Below are positions 40,568-49,964 of a stretch of 64,000 bases of DNA, piece by piece. Each line of letters begins with the position of its first letter. The first letter of the stretch is position 1. A program made the translations under genes and the position numbers. Below the pieces are notes generated by a model. That model saw only the letters and a program-made list of their open reading frames with translations, ran no database searches and was not told the origin of the DNA. Source of the DNA: Burkholderiales bacterium (GTDB lineage: Bacteria > Pseudomonadota > Gammaproteobacteria > Burkholderiales > JAEUOS01); NCBI GenBank assembly GCA_046160545.1, contig JBJXGS010000245.1:25280-89279 (forward strand). The letters run 5' to 3'.

Positions 40568-42520
40568 ATGGGTAGCACAGCATCGACAGCATGGCCACGC
40601 GCGCTCGCGTTGGCGATCGCGCTTGGCCTGGTAGGCTGCCAGCAGGCGCCGCTCCAACCTGCGCCTCAGCACATCAACGCAAGCGCGCCGGCCGCACCGC
40701 TAGGCGCCATACCGCCGCCGCTACTGTCCGCACCGCTGCCGCCCAAGCCGCAGGCGGCCAAGCGCCCTGAAACCTTCAGCGTGGTCGTCAACGACGTTCC
40801 GGTGCGTGAACTGCTGTTCGCACTCGCCCGCGATGCCCGCATCAATGTCGATGTGCATCCCGGCATTGCCGGCAACGTGACGATGAACGCGATCAACCAG
40901 ACCCTGCCGCAGATCCTCACACGGGTCGCGCGCCAGACTGACATCCGCTGGGAGATGGACGGACAAAACCTTTCGGTACTGCCGGACACCGCCTTCCTGC
41001 GCATGTACAAGATCGATTACGTGAACATGTCGCGAGTTGCCGACATCAACGTGAGTGTCTCCACCGAGATCGGCTCCACCGGCCGGGGCGCTTCCGCCGG
41101 CGGCGCGACTGGCGGCGGCGGCAGCAATTCCTCGACCACCGTGGTCAGCCAGTCGGCCAACCGCTTCTGGGACTCGCTATCGCAAAACGTCTGCTCGCTG
41201 GTCGCCGCGACCCGCGTGATCAGCCAGGAGGAGCGCGACGCGCTGCGCGCCCAGCAGCAGCGCGAGCGGGAAGACCGCGTCAACCTGGCGCGCGCAGTGG
41301 CCGGCGCCGGTGCCGGCGCGTCCCAGCTCGCCCAACAGATCGCCCCGGCCAGTTCGACCGCGGTCACACAGCCGCTGCAGATCAACTGTGCTCCGCAGAC
41401 CGGCACAGCCGCAGCGGTCTCGCTCAACAATCCGGCTATCGTCAATCGCGAGTCAGGCATCCTCTCGGTCTACGCCACGCAGCGCCAGCAGGAAAGGGTT
41501 CAGGAGTTCCTCGACCGCGTCATGCTCAGCGCGCGCCGCCAGGTCATGATCGAGGCGACCGTGGTGGAGGTTGAACTGAATTCCAGCTACCAGCAGGGCA
41601 TCAACTGGCAGCGCCTGCAGGCCGGCGGGGCCAGCGGCACGTCGATCACGGTGCAACCGACGGGCCCCAACTCCCTGCCGGGCGGCGCCGTACCCGGGGT
41701 GCCCGGAGCAGCGGTCAATGCGGTCACCTCCGGGCTTACCAATCCCGGCGTCACCGCGTCCGGCCTGCTGCAGATTGGCTACCTGAATCCGCGATCGCTT
41801 ATCGGCAACATCTCCGGCGCCATCACCCTGCTCGAATCCTTCGGCAAGGTGCGCGTGCTCTCCAGTCCGAAACTCTCGGTGCTCAACAATCAGACCGCGA
41901 TCTTGAAGGTCGTCAACAACCTGGTCTACTTCACCATCGGTGCAACGACCACGCCGGGATCGCTGGGCACGCCGGCGGTCACCACCTACACCTCATCGCC
42001 GAACACCGTCGCAGTCGGTTTCGTGATGGCGGTCACGCCGCAGATCGACGACCAGGACGCGGTGGCGATCAACATCCGCCCGACGATCTCGCGCATCATC
42101 CGCTACGTCAACGACCCGAGCCCGGCGCTGGCCGCCGCCGGCGTGGTCAACCCCGTGCCCGAGGTGCAGACCCGCGAAATGGAGTCCATACTGCGTGTCC
42201 CGAACCAGGCGATCGCGATCATGGGCGGCCTGATGCAGGATTCCAGCGGCGGTGCTGAAGACAGCGTTCCGGGTGTGAACCGGGTACCCTTCCTGGGCGA
42301 CCTGTTTCGCTACCGCAGCGACCAGCAGCGCAAGTCGGAACTGGTGATTTTCCTGCGCCCTGTCGTGCTGCGCGACCCGACCCTCGATGGCGATTTCCGT
42401 GAGTACCGCGACATGCTGCCGGGGAAGGACTTTTTCTCGCGTGCCAACCCGCTGGAGCCGGAACGCATTCGGCTGCGCAGCGAAACCTCGGCCGGCGCCG
42501 CAGGCGAAGCAACCCGCTGA
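40568..42520 (+). CDS. Lipoprotein secretin, MshL/GspD-like
   Basis: GGAGG RBS, lipobox LVGC, FS+VV..V....LLF.LARDA, QVMIEA.+VEV.L....GINW, VLSSPK....NNQ.A, VP.LG.LF, K.ELVIFLRP; start reassigned to ATG 40568. Confidence 0.92.
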   Translation: MGSTASTAWPRALALAIALGLVGCQQAPLQPAPQHINASAPAAPLGAIPPPLLSAPLPPKPQAAKRPETFSVVVNDVPVRELLFALARDARINVDVHPGIAGNVTMNAINQTLPQILTRVARQTDIRWEMDGQNLSVLPDTAFLRMYKIDYVNMSRVADINVSVSTEIGSTGRGASAGGATGGGGSNSSTTVVSQSANRFWDSLSQNVCSLVAATRVISQEERDALRAQQQREREDRVNLARAVAGAGAGASQLAQQIAPASSTAVTQPLQINCAPQTGTAAAVSLNNPAIVNRESGILSVYATQRQQERVQEFLDRVMLSARRQVMIEATVVEVELNSSYQQGINWQRLQAGGASGTSITVQPTGPNSLPGGAVPGVPGAAVNAVTSGLTNPGVTASGLLQIGYLNPRSLIGNISGAITLLESFGKVRVLSSPKLSVLNNQTAILKVVNNLVYFTIGATTTPGSLGTPAVTTYTSSPNTVAVGFVMAVTPQIDDQDAVAINIRPTISRIIRYVNDPSPALAAAGVVNPVPEVQTREMESILRVPNQAIAIMGGLMQDSSGGAEDSVPGVNRVPFLGDLFRYRSDQQRKSELVIFLRPVVLRDPTLDGDFREYRDMLPGKDFFSRANPLEPERIRLRSETSAGAAGEATR

Positions 42521-42541
42521 TACCATGGTGCGAGGCAAACC

Positions 42542-44056
42542 GTGAGCCTACTCATGGACGCGCTCAAGAAAGCCGAGCGCGCCAAGACCGGTGAGAACGA
42601 GCGGGACGCGGGTACTGGCGCGTCTCCCGGCGCGGTCCGCGACCTGGCTGCCGAACTCGGGCTTGAGGCACGTGCCGCTGCGCCGCGCCCGAGTCCGGTG
42701 GCTACCGCCACATCCAGGGCCGAAACGCAGGATTTCGCCTCTTCATTGACCTTGGAGCCACTCTCGCCACCGGCGCAAACCGCGCAAGCCATAGCTATCG
42801 ACCGACCGGCGAACCCGGCGCCCGGCGCGGCGACGGCCTCACCAGTGGCGAATCCGCGTCCCAGCGGCGCGCCGCGCGCCGACCGGCAGGGTCCGCCCAG
42901 TACGCCGGGCCCGGATCGCCTGGCCGCGCGCGCAGTGTTCGCCTCCAAGCAGCCGCGCGGTCGCACCATCAGCCCGTTCCACGCGACGCTCGCAGTCCTG
43001 CTCCTTGCATGCGTTGCCACGGCTGCCTATTTCTGGTGGCAGCTGCGCCCGGCGCCGGCGCCGCCGGCCAAGCCGCTCGCCGCCGGCCCCGTCGCCTCAC
43101 CTCCGAGCGCGTCCGAGCCGGTACGGGCCGCGCCGCAGACGCCGCCAACGACCGTGCTGGCTCCTGCGATCCCGGCTTCTTCCGCGCCGGCAGAACCGGC
43201 TGCGGTCGCGCCAATTGCGGCAGTGCCGGCGACGAGCGCGGGCGCCGCATCGACACCAGCAACCCATGCGCTGCAGGCAGCGCCTGCGACGCCGTTTCGC
43301 GCCGCCACGCCTGCTGCCACAGAGCCCGATGCAACCACAGCGCGCCCTGCAACGGCTGCCGCCAAGGCGCCTGTGCCGGTCGGCCCGCGATCACCCGCCC
43401 CGAGCGCATTCGCGCAGGGCGGCACGCCGGTGGAAGCGCCGACGGGACTGCGCATTACACGCGATCAGGCCCAGGCCAGCGTCGACCCGGCGGTCAACGC
43501 CGGGTACGCGGCGCTGATCGAGGGCAACGATACAGCCGCACGCGATCACTACGGACGCGCCCTTGCCAATGACCGCACCAACCGCGACGCGCTCTACGGC
43601 ATGGCGACACTGGCCGCGCGCGCGGGACGCCCCGAGGAGGCGCAGTCCTACTATCGGCGCGTTCTGGACCTGAACCCGCGCGATGCCTTTGCGCAGGCGC
43701 AGCTGAGCGTGCTTGCCGGCGGCGGCCAGGCCGTCGACGAAAGTCGTGTACGCGGCCTGGTCGCGCAGCAGACCGACGCGGCCGCAGGTGCGCCGCTTTC
43801 GTTCACACTCGGCAACCGCCTCGCGGCACAGGGCCGCTGGGCCGAAGCGCAGCAGGCCTATTTCAACGCCTATGCGGCCGAGCCGGATAATCCGGACTAC
43901 TGCTACAACCTGGCCGTCGCGCTGGATCAACTACACCAGAGCCGTCCGGCGAAGACTTACTACGAGCGCGCTTTGGACCTGGCGCAGAAGCGGCGCGCCG
44001 GCTTCGACGTCGAACGTGTTCGCACCCGCCTGGCTGCAATCGCCGCGCAGCCATGA
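42542..44056 (+). CDS. MshN-like TM + Pro/Ala linker + TPR protein
   Basis: MSLLMDALKKAE N-terminus, one TM, C-terminal TPRs (W.EAQ.AYF.A....P.N.DY.YNLAV.LD). Confidence 0.8.
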   Translation: MSLLMDALKKAERAKTGENERDAGTGASPGAVRDLAAELGLEARAAAPRPSPVATATSRAETQDFASSLTLEPLSPPAQTAQAIAIDRPANPAPGAATASPVANPRPSGAPRADRQGPPSTPGPDRLAARAVFASKQPRGRTISPFHATLAVLLLACVATAAYFWWQLRPAPAPPAKPLAAGPVASPPSASEPVRAAPQTPPTTVLAPAIPASSAPAEPAAVAPIAAVPATSAGAASTPATHALQAAPATPFRAATPAATEPDATTARPATAAAKAPVPVGPRSPAPSAFAQGGTPVEAPTGLRITRDQAQASVDPAVNAGYAALIEGNDTAARDHYGRALANDRTNRDALYGMATLAARAGRPEEAQSYYRRVLDLNPRDAFAQAQLSVLAGGGQAVDESRVRGLVAQQTDAAAGAPLSFTLGNRLAAQGRWAEAQQAYFNAYAAEPDNPDYCYNLAVALDQLHQSRPAKTYYERALDLAQKRRAGFDVERVRTRLAAIAAQP

Positions 44057-45792
44057 ACGCCCCCGAGCCGCGTCCTGCAGCGACCCAGAAGCCGCTCGGG
44101 CGCATCCTGGTCGAGCGCGGCATCCTCTCCGAGGACCAGCTGCGCATCGCCTTGAAGGAGCAGCAGCGCACCAACCAGCCGCTCGGCAAGGCCTTGAAAA
44201 CCCTGGGCTTCGTCACCGAAGCCACGCTGCGTGACGCACTCTCTGAAAACCTGGGCGCGCGTGGCGTCGACCTAGCACACATCATCATCGATCCAGCGGC
44301 CATCAAGGCTGTCCCGCGCGATTTCGCCAAGCGGCACCTGATGTTCCCGCTGGAATTCAACCAGCGGGAGCGGCGCTTCACCGTCGCCATCGCCGACCCC
44401 AACAACGTGGTGGCGCTGGATCAACTGCGCGCGCAGCTCTTCTCGACCACGCGCGAGCCTGTCGAGATCGCCGTTCTACTGGCGGGCGAGTCCGACATCG
44501 CGCGCGCGATCGACCAGTATTTCGGCTACGAGCTCTCGATCGACGGCATCCTGAACGAGATCGAGACCGGCGAAATCGACCAGCAGAGCCTCGCCACCAC
44601 GACCGAGGAATACAGCCAGCCGGTGGTGCGCCTGGTCGATTCGCTCTTAGCCGACGCGGTGCAGAAGGGCGCCTCCGACATCCACTTCGAGCCGGAGCAG
44701 AACTTCCTGCGCATCCGCTATCGCATCGACGGCGTGCTGCGGCAAATCCGCGCCCTGCACAAGCAGTACTGGCCGGCCATGGTGGTGCGCATCAAGGTCA
44801 TGAGCGGCATGAACATCGCCGAGACGCGCGCCCCGCAGGACGGCCGCATCTCCTTAAGCCTGACCGGTCGCATGGTCGACTTTCGCGTCGCTGCGCAACC
44901 GACCTCGCACGGCGAGAACATCGTGCTGCGCATCCTCGACCGCATGCGCGGCCTGGTGCCGATGGACGACCTGGGCCTGCAGGACGCGCAACTCGGGCTG
45001 CTGCGTCTCATGATCGCGCGCCCCGAGGGCATCATCCTGGTCACCGGCCCGACCGGCTCGGGCAAGACCACCACCCTCTACTCGATCCTGAACCACATCA
45101 ATTCAGAGGGCATCAACATCATGACCCTCGAGGACCCGGTCGAGTATCCGATGAACATGGTGCGCCAGACCTCGGTCAACGAGGCCGCCAAGCTCGACTT
45201 CGCCACCGGCATCCGCTCGCTGATGCGCCAGGACCCAGACGTGATCCTGGTCGGCGAGATCCGCGACGCCGACACCGCCGAGATGGCCTTTCGCGCCGCC
45301 ATGACCGGTCACCAGGTCTACTCGACCCTGCACACCAACTCGGCCATCGGCGCGATCCCGCGTCTGCTCGACATCGGCATCCTGCCCGACATCATGGCCG
45401 GCAATATCGTCGGCATCGTCGCGCAGCGCCTGGTGCGCAGGCTGTGCTCGCACTGCAAGGAACCCTACGCCGCCGGTGAGGTCGAATGCCGCATCATGGG
45501 CCTGCCCGCAGATGCGGCGCCGGTCATCCATCGCGCGGTCGGCTGCGACCACTGCGAAATGCGCGGCTATCGCGGTCGCATCGCCATCATGGAAATCTTG
45601 AAGCTCGACTTCGATCTTGATGAACTCGTCGCGCGCCGCGCGACGACCCGCGAGCTGACCCAGCTGGCGCTGGCCAAGGGCTTCATCCCGCTGGCCGAAG
45701 ACGCGGTACGCCGCGTTTTGGACGGTACCACGACCATCGAAGAAGTCGCGCGCGTGGTCGATTTCACCAGTCGGGTCATGAGCCCGGCCTGA
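44053..45792 (+). CDS. GspE/PilB/MshE-family assembly ATPase with MshEN-like N-domain
   Basis: ASDIHFEP, PQDGR, TGPTGSGKTTTLY, EDPVEY, RQDPD.ILVGEIRD, TGH...STLH, CSHC..CDHC zinc site. Confidence 0.95.
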   Translation: MNAPEPRPAATQKPLGRILVERGILSEDQLRIALKEQQRTNQPLGKALKTLGFVTEATLRDALSENLGARGVDLAHIIIDPAAIKAVPRDFAKRHLMFPLEFNQRERRFTVAIADPNNVVALDQLRAQLFSTTREPVEIAVLLAGESDIARAIDQYFGYELSIDGILNEIETGEIDQQSLATTTEEYSQPVVRLVDSLLADAVQKGASDIHFEPEQNFLRIRYRIDGVLRQIRALHKQYWPAMVVRIKVMSGMNIAETRAPQDGRISLSLTGRMVDFRVAAQPTSHGENIVLRILDRMRGLVPMDDLGLQDAQLGLLRLMIARPEGIILVTGPTGSGKTTTLYSILNHINSEGINIMTLEDPVEYPMNMVRQTSVNEAAKLDFATGIRSLMRQDPDVILVGEIRDADTAEMAFRAAMTGHQVYSTLHTNSAIGAIPRLLDIGILPDIMAGNIVGIVAQRLVRRLCSHCKEPYAAGEVECRIMGLPADAAPVIHRAVGCDHCEMRGYRGRIAIMEILKLDFDLDELVARRATTRELTQLALAKGFIPLAEDAVRRVLDGTTTIEEVARVVDFTSRVMSPA

Positions 45793-45808
45793 CCGCGAGG
45801 GCGCGCGC

Positions 45809-47017
45809 ATGGGTGTGTACGCCTACCGCTCGGTCGATACGCTGGGCAAGCGGGTCACCGGCCGCATCGAAGCGGTCAACCTGCCCGACCTCGAGCTGCG
45901 ACTCAAACGCATCGGCCTGGACCTGATCAACGCGGTCCCGGCTGCCGAGGAGCGGCGCTCACTGTTCGGCGGCGGACGCATCTCGCGTCGCGACCTGATC
46001 ACCTTCTGTTTCCACCTGGAGCAGATGACCTCCACCGGCCTGCCACTGCTCGAGGGCCTGTCCGAGCTGCGCGACAGCGTGGAATCGCAGCGCTTTCGCG
46101 AGGTCATCGGCACCATGATCGAGGCGATCCAGGGCGGCAAGGTGCTGTCGCAGGCGCTCGAGGACCATCCGCGCGTCTTCGACGAAATCTTCGTAAGCCT
46201 GGTACGCGCCGGTGAGCAGACCGGGCAGCTGGGCGAGGTGCTCAAGCGCATCTCGGAGATGCTCAAGTGGCAGGACGAACTGGCTGCGCACACCAAGAAG
46301 ATCATCCTCTACCCCGCCTTTGTCGGCGTCGTGGTGCTGGCCGCCGTGGGATTCCTGATGGTGGTGCTGGTCCCGCAACTCGGGGCTTTCCTCAAGAACA
46401 TGGGCCAGACCCTGCCGCTGCAGACCCGCGCGCTGGTCGCGGTGTCGAATTTCCTGCGCGAATACTGGTACCTGATCCTCCTGCTGCCGCTCCTGGCGGT
46501 TGCGGGGGCTGCCGTTGCGGTGCGCACCTCGACGCACTTCGCCTTCGCGGTGGACCGCTACAAGCTGGCCATTCCCATGATCGGCCCGATCCTGCACAAA
46601 ATCATTCTGTCGCGCTTCGCCAGTACCTTCGCGATGATGTACGCGGCCGGAATCACGGTCTTGGACGCGATCCGCATTTCCGAGGACATCGCCGCCAACC
46701 TTGCCGTCTCGGATGCGTTGAAGCGCGCTGGCGCGCAGATCAGCGAAGGCCAGAACATCACGGCTGCGTTCCAGTCGGTGGGGCTGTTCCCGCCTCTGGT
46801 GCTGCGCATGCTCAAGATCGGCGAGGCTACCGGAGCGCTCGACGCTTCGCTGCTCAATGTCAGCTATTTCTACAACCGCGAGGTGCGCGAGTCGATCGAG
46901 CGCGTGCAGGCGTTGATCGAGCCGACCCTGACCGTGATTCTCGGGGCCATCATCGGCTGGGTGCTGCTTGCGGTGCTGGGCCCCATCTACGACGCCATCG
47001 GCAAACTCAAGCTGTGA
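45809..47017 (+). CDS. Inner-membrane platform protein (PilC/GspF/MshG)
   Basis: AGEQTGQL, YP, GE.TG.LD, LIEP.L...LG...G; three TM segments. Confidence 0.94.
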   Translation: MGVYAYRSVDTLGKRVTGRIEAVNLPDLELRLKRIGLDLINAVPAAEERRSLFGGGRISRRDLITFCFHLEQMTSTGLPLLEGLSELRDSVESQRFREVIGTMIEAIQGGKVLSQALEDHPRVFDEIFVSLVRAGEQTGQLGEVLKRISEMLKWQDELAAHTKKIILYPAFVGVVVLAAVGFLMVVLVPQLGAFLKNMGQTLPLQTRALVAVSNFLREYWYLILLLPLLAVAGAAVAVRTSTHFAFAVDRYKLAIPMIGPILHKIILSRFASTFAMMYAAGITVLDAIRISEDIAANLAVSDALKRAGAQISEGQNITAAFQSVGLFPPLVLRMLKIGEATGALDASLLNVSYFYNREVRESIERVQALIEPTLTVILGAIIGWVLLAVLGPIYDAIGKLKL

Positions 47018-48603
47018 TGCGCCTGTTCTCGCCCTCCACCCACGTCCTGACCATTGGTACGGCCGGCGCCGAATGCCATCGAGCCGGCGCCCGCGGCACG
47101 CAGCGCGAGGCCGGCTTCGGACCCGGGGAGACCGATGCCTTGCAGAAGTACGCGGCAGCGCACAGGCGTTCGGTATTTGTGGTCTTGACCGACCTCATCG
47201 AGGAGGATTTCCGCCAGGACACCATTCCTTATCTGCGCGGGTCGGCACGCAGCGAGGTCCTCGAGCGCAAAGCCGCGCAGATCTATCGCGACACGCCGTT
47301 TCACACCGTGCAGTCGATCGGGCGCGTCAAGGACGGACGGCGCGACGAACGCGTGCTCCTGATGGCGCTGACAAACGCGCCGCTGCTCAATGACTGGCTG
47401 GCGCCCCTGGTCGCCGGCGGCGCGCGGATCGCGCGCCTGGTCACGCCGCCCGCGCTCTCGCCGCAGTTGGTCCAGGCCCTGGCGGGCACCACCCGCGGCG
47501 AAGGTCGGCGCGCGATGCTCGTGACCCTGAATCGCGCCGGTCTGCGCCAGACGCTGGTCGAAGATGGCAAGACACGCTTTTCCCGGCTCGCGGCAATCCC
47601 GCGCGGCGAGCCCAGGGAGACCGCCACCGCCTGCCTGGCTGAAGTCACACGCACCCAGCAATACCTGGGGGGACTGCGCCTGCTCCCGCGAGACGAGCGC
47701 CTGCCGCTCGTTCTGGTCACGCCACCGGGAGAAGCCGAGTTATGGCAGTCCAGCTCGGCGCTGCCGGCGTCGATTGATGCCTCTTTCATGGATTTGGTCG
47801 AGGCCTGTCGGCGTGCCGGTGCCGCCAGCGCTGCCTCTGATGGATTCGCCGATGGCCTGTGGATGGCGCTGGCAGCGCGCGCGCGCGGCGGCATCGATTT
47901 TGCGCCTGCCTGGCTCAAAGAAGCCTACCGACTCTGGCAGGCCAGGAGCGCGCTCTGGGCGGCAGGTGCGGGAACCCTGGTGGCCAGCTGCCTTTTGGCG
48001 ACCGCGCAGTATTTCGGCGCGCTCAGCCAGCGCGAAGACGCGATGCATTTCCTCGAGCAGGCGACCCGCGACGAGCGCGACTTCAAGTCCGTCAAGGCCA
48101 CCCTGCCCCCACTGCCGGCCTCCGCCGAGCAGATCAAGGCCGGCGTCCTGGCGCTGGAAAAACTGGGCGGTACCACCCTGGCACCGGCGACCCTCCTTGG
48201 CGACATCGCGCGGTCGCTCAACGCGGCGCCGGAGTTCAGCCTGGAACGCTCCGACTGGATCCGCGGCACCAGTGCCGACGACACGCCGGAGCTGGTGCTC
48301 ACGCGCGGCGGCGCGCCCGCGCCCGGCGGCGAAGCCGGGCGCTACGAGATTGCGGTCCTGACCGGGACGGTGACCGCCCGCGCGGACACCGCCGGTGCGC
48401 GCGGCGTGCTCGCTTCCGCAGAGCGCACCGTGGCAGCCCTGCGCGGTGTTCCCGGATCACAGGTGCAGGTTGTGCGCGCACCGTTCGACCTGTCATCGTC
48501 AGGCAATGTGACCAGCGGCGAGGGCATCGCGGCAGGCGGGACACAGCCGGAGGCCGCTTCAGCCAGCTTCACGGTGCGCGTGGTGCGCAAGGTGGCGCCG
48601 TGA
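47017..48603 (+). CDS. PilM/PilN (GspL/MshI)-like alignment protein
   Basis: TGATG coupling to the platform gene; cytoplasmic domain (D..EEDF...+P, GLRQT.......FSRL), TM, coiled coil and periplasmic domain. Assigned from position and architecture. Confidence 0.65.
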   Translation: MRLFSPSTHVLTIGTAGAECHRAGARGTQREAGFGPGETDALQKYAAAHRRSVFVVLTDLIEEDFRQDTIPYLRGSARSEVLERKAAQIYRDTPFHTVQSIGRVKDGRRDERVLLMALTNAPLLNDWLAPLVAGGARIARLVTPPALSPQLVQALAGTTRGEGRRAMLVTLNRAGLRQTLVEDGKTRFSRLAAIPRGEPRETATACLAEVTRTQQYLGGLRLLPRDERLPLVLVTPPGEAELWQSSSALPASIDASFMDLVEACRRAGAASAASDGFADGLWMALAARARGGIDFAPAWLKEAYRLWQARSALWAAGAGTLVASCLLATAQYFGALSQREDAMHFLEQATRDERDFKSVKATLPPLPASAEQIKAGVLALEKLGGTTLAPATLLGDIARSLNAAPEFSLERSDWIRGTSADDTPELVLTRGGAPAPGGEAGRYEIAVLTGTVTARADTAGARGVLASAERTVAALRGVPGSQVQVVRAPFDLSSSGNVTSGEGIAAGGTQPEAASASFTVRVVRKVAP

Positions 48604-49280
48604 GGGATTTCCTCATGCAATTGCGCTGGAGCATCGCCGGGGCAGTCTTGCTGGCGATCGTCGGCGTGGCGACCGCGTACTACTTCCACCTGGACCAGCG
48701 TCGAGCGGCAGCTGAACTGGCGCTAGCGCGGGCCGCCAGCCTGGGTGCATCCGCGAACCTGGCCGCTGCGCACGCAGAACGCCAGGAGATTATCGAATTC
48801 CTGCCGCGTTATCGCGTGCTTGAACGCCTGGGTGCGTTCGGCGACGAGCGCCGCCTGGACTGGATCGAGCGCATGGACGCGATTCGGGACGAGCTCAAGT
48901 CGTCCCGCTTGACTTACACGATCGCGCCGCGCGGGCCGCTGCCGGAGCGGCCTGAACCTGCGGCGGGACTGGCCTACGAGGGCAGCCGGGTGAAGATCGA
49001 ATTCGATCTGCTGCACGAAGGCGACCTGTTCTACTTGTTGCGGCGTCTGTCGCAGCCGGTCATGGGCTTTGCCGAAATCCAGTCATGCGCGCTGCGTCGC
49101 GTGCCGCGCGCGAACGCGTCGGCCAGCCGCGACGAGGGGCGAGACGGCGAACCAAACCTGACCGGCGACTGCCAGCTCGACTGGGTTTCGCTGATTGCTG
49201 CACGTCCTGCCGAAGCCGCGACCGAACCGGCCGCAACCACCCCTGCCTCTGCAACACGGCCCCCTGGAGCCGGATCGTGA
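48600..49280 (+). CDS. PilO/GspM-like protein
   Basis: GTG overlaps the upstream stop; N-terminal TM, coiled coil, ERRLDW+E, LLHEGDL, C...R...C.LDW. Confidence 0.6.
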   Translation: MRDFLMQLRWSIAGAVLLAIVGVATAYYFHLDQRRAAAELALARAASLGASANLAAAHAERQEIIEFLPRYRVLERLGAFGDERRLDWIERMDAIRDELKSSRLTYTIAPRGPLPERPEPAAGLAYEGSRVKIEFDLLHEGDLFYLLRRLSQPVMGFAEIQSCALRRVPRANASASRDEGRDGEPNLTGDCQLDWVSLIAARPAEAATEPAATTPASATRPPGAGS

Positions 49281-49927
49281 GATACGCCACCGTGCTGCTG
49301 ATGGTCCTGGGGTGCGCGCCTGCGCTCGCCCAGACCGAGCCGCCAGCGCTGGAACCGCGCGCAGGGCGGCTCTTCTTCACCCCGGAGGAGCGCGCCCGCC
49401 TGGACACCCTGCGCGGCAAGACTTCGGTCACGGAAGTCGTCGAAGCGCCGAATACGCTGACGGTCAACGGCTTCATCGCGCGCAGCGGACACAGGCCGCG
49501 CCCCTTCATCGACGGCCGCGCGGTGCCTGCCGAGGGACTCTCCGGGCTCACCATCGCCACATTTCCCGGCGGCGCCATGCGCATTACCCAACCGGGCGGC
49601 CAAAGCATCAATGTCAAACCGGGGCAACGCGTGGACCTCAACGCAGGAACCGTGACCGAAGGCTACGACCTGCCCGGTCCCCGCTCGGACAAGGCGGCAA
49701 CCGGCCTGCCGGCGCAGTTTCTGGCTGCCAACATTCCGAAGGTTGAAGCGGCACCCAAAGTGAAGGCATCGCGCAAGGCAAATCGCGGCCAGGGCCGGCG
49801 CGCAAAAGCGGCCGCTAGCGGGCCGACAGCGCCTCCCCCCGCACAGGTCGCACCGCCTGCACCACCGCCGATGGGCGCCGCCGCCCCGGGAATTCCTCTG
49901 CCACTTCCGACGCCTACGCCGCGCTAA
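49277..49927 (+). CDS. Exported PilP/GspC/MshK-like protein
   Basis: GTG overlap; signal peptide, GRLFFTPEERARLD, +NG.+.RSG, +KPGQ; Pro-rich tail. Confidence 0.55.
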   Translation: MRYATVLLMVLGCAPALAQTEPPALEPRAGRLFFTPEERARLDTLRGKTSVTEVVEAPNTLTVNGFIARSGHRPRPFIDGRAVPAEGLSGLTIATFPGGAMRITQPGGQSINVKPGQRVDLNAGTVTEGYDLPGPRSDKAATGLPAQFLAANIPKVEAAPKVKASRKANRGQGRRAKAAASGPTAPPPAQVAPPAPPPMGAAAPGIPLPLPTPTPR

Positions 49928-49964
49928 GCGCCGCTTTGGCCCGGAAATTGCGCAGTATCGCCGC

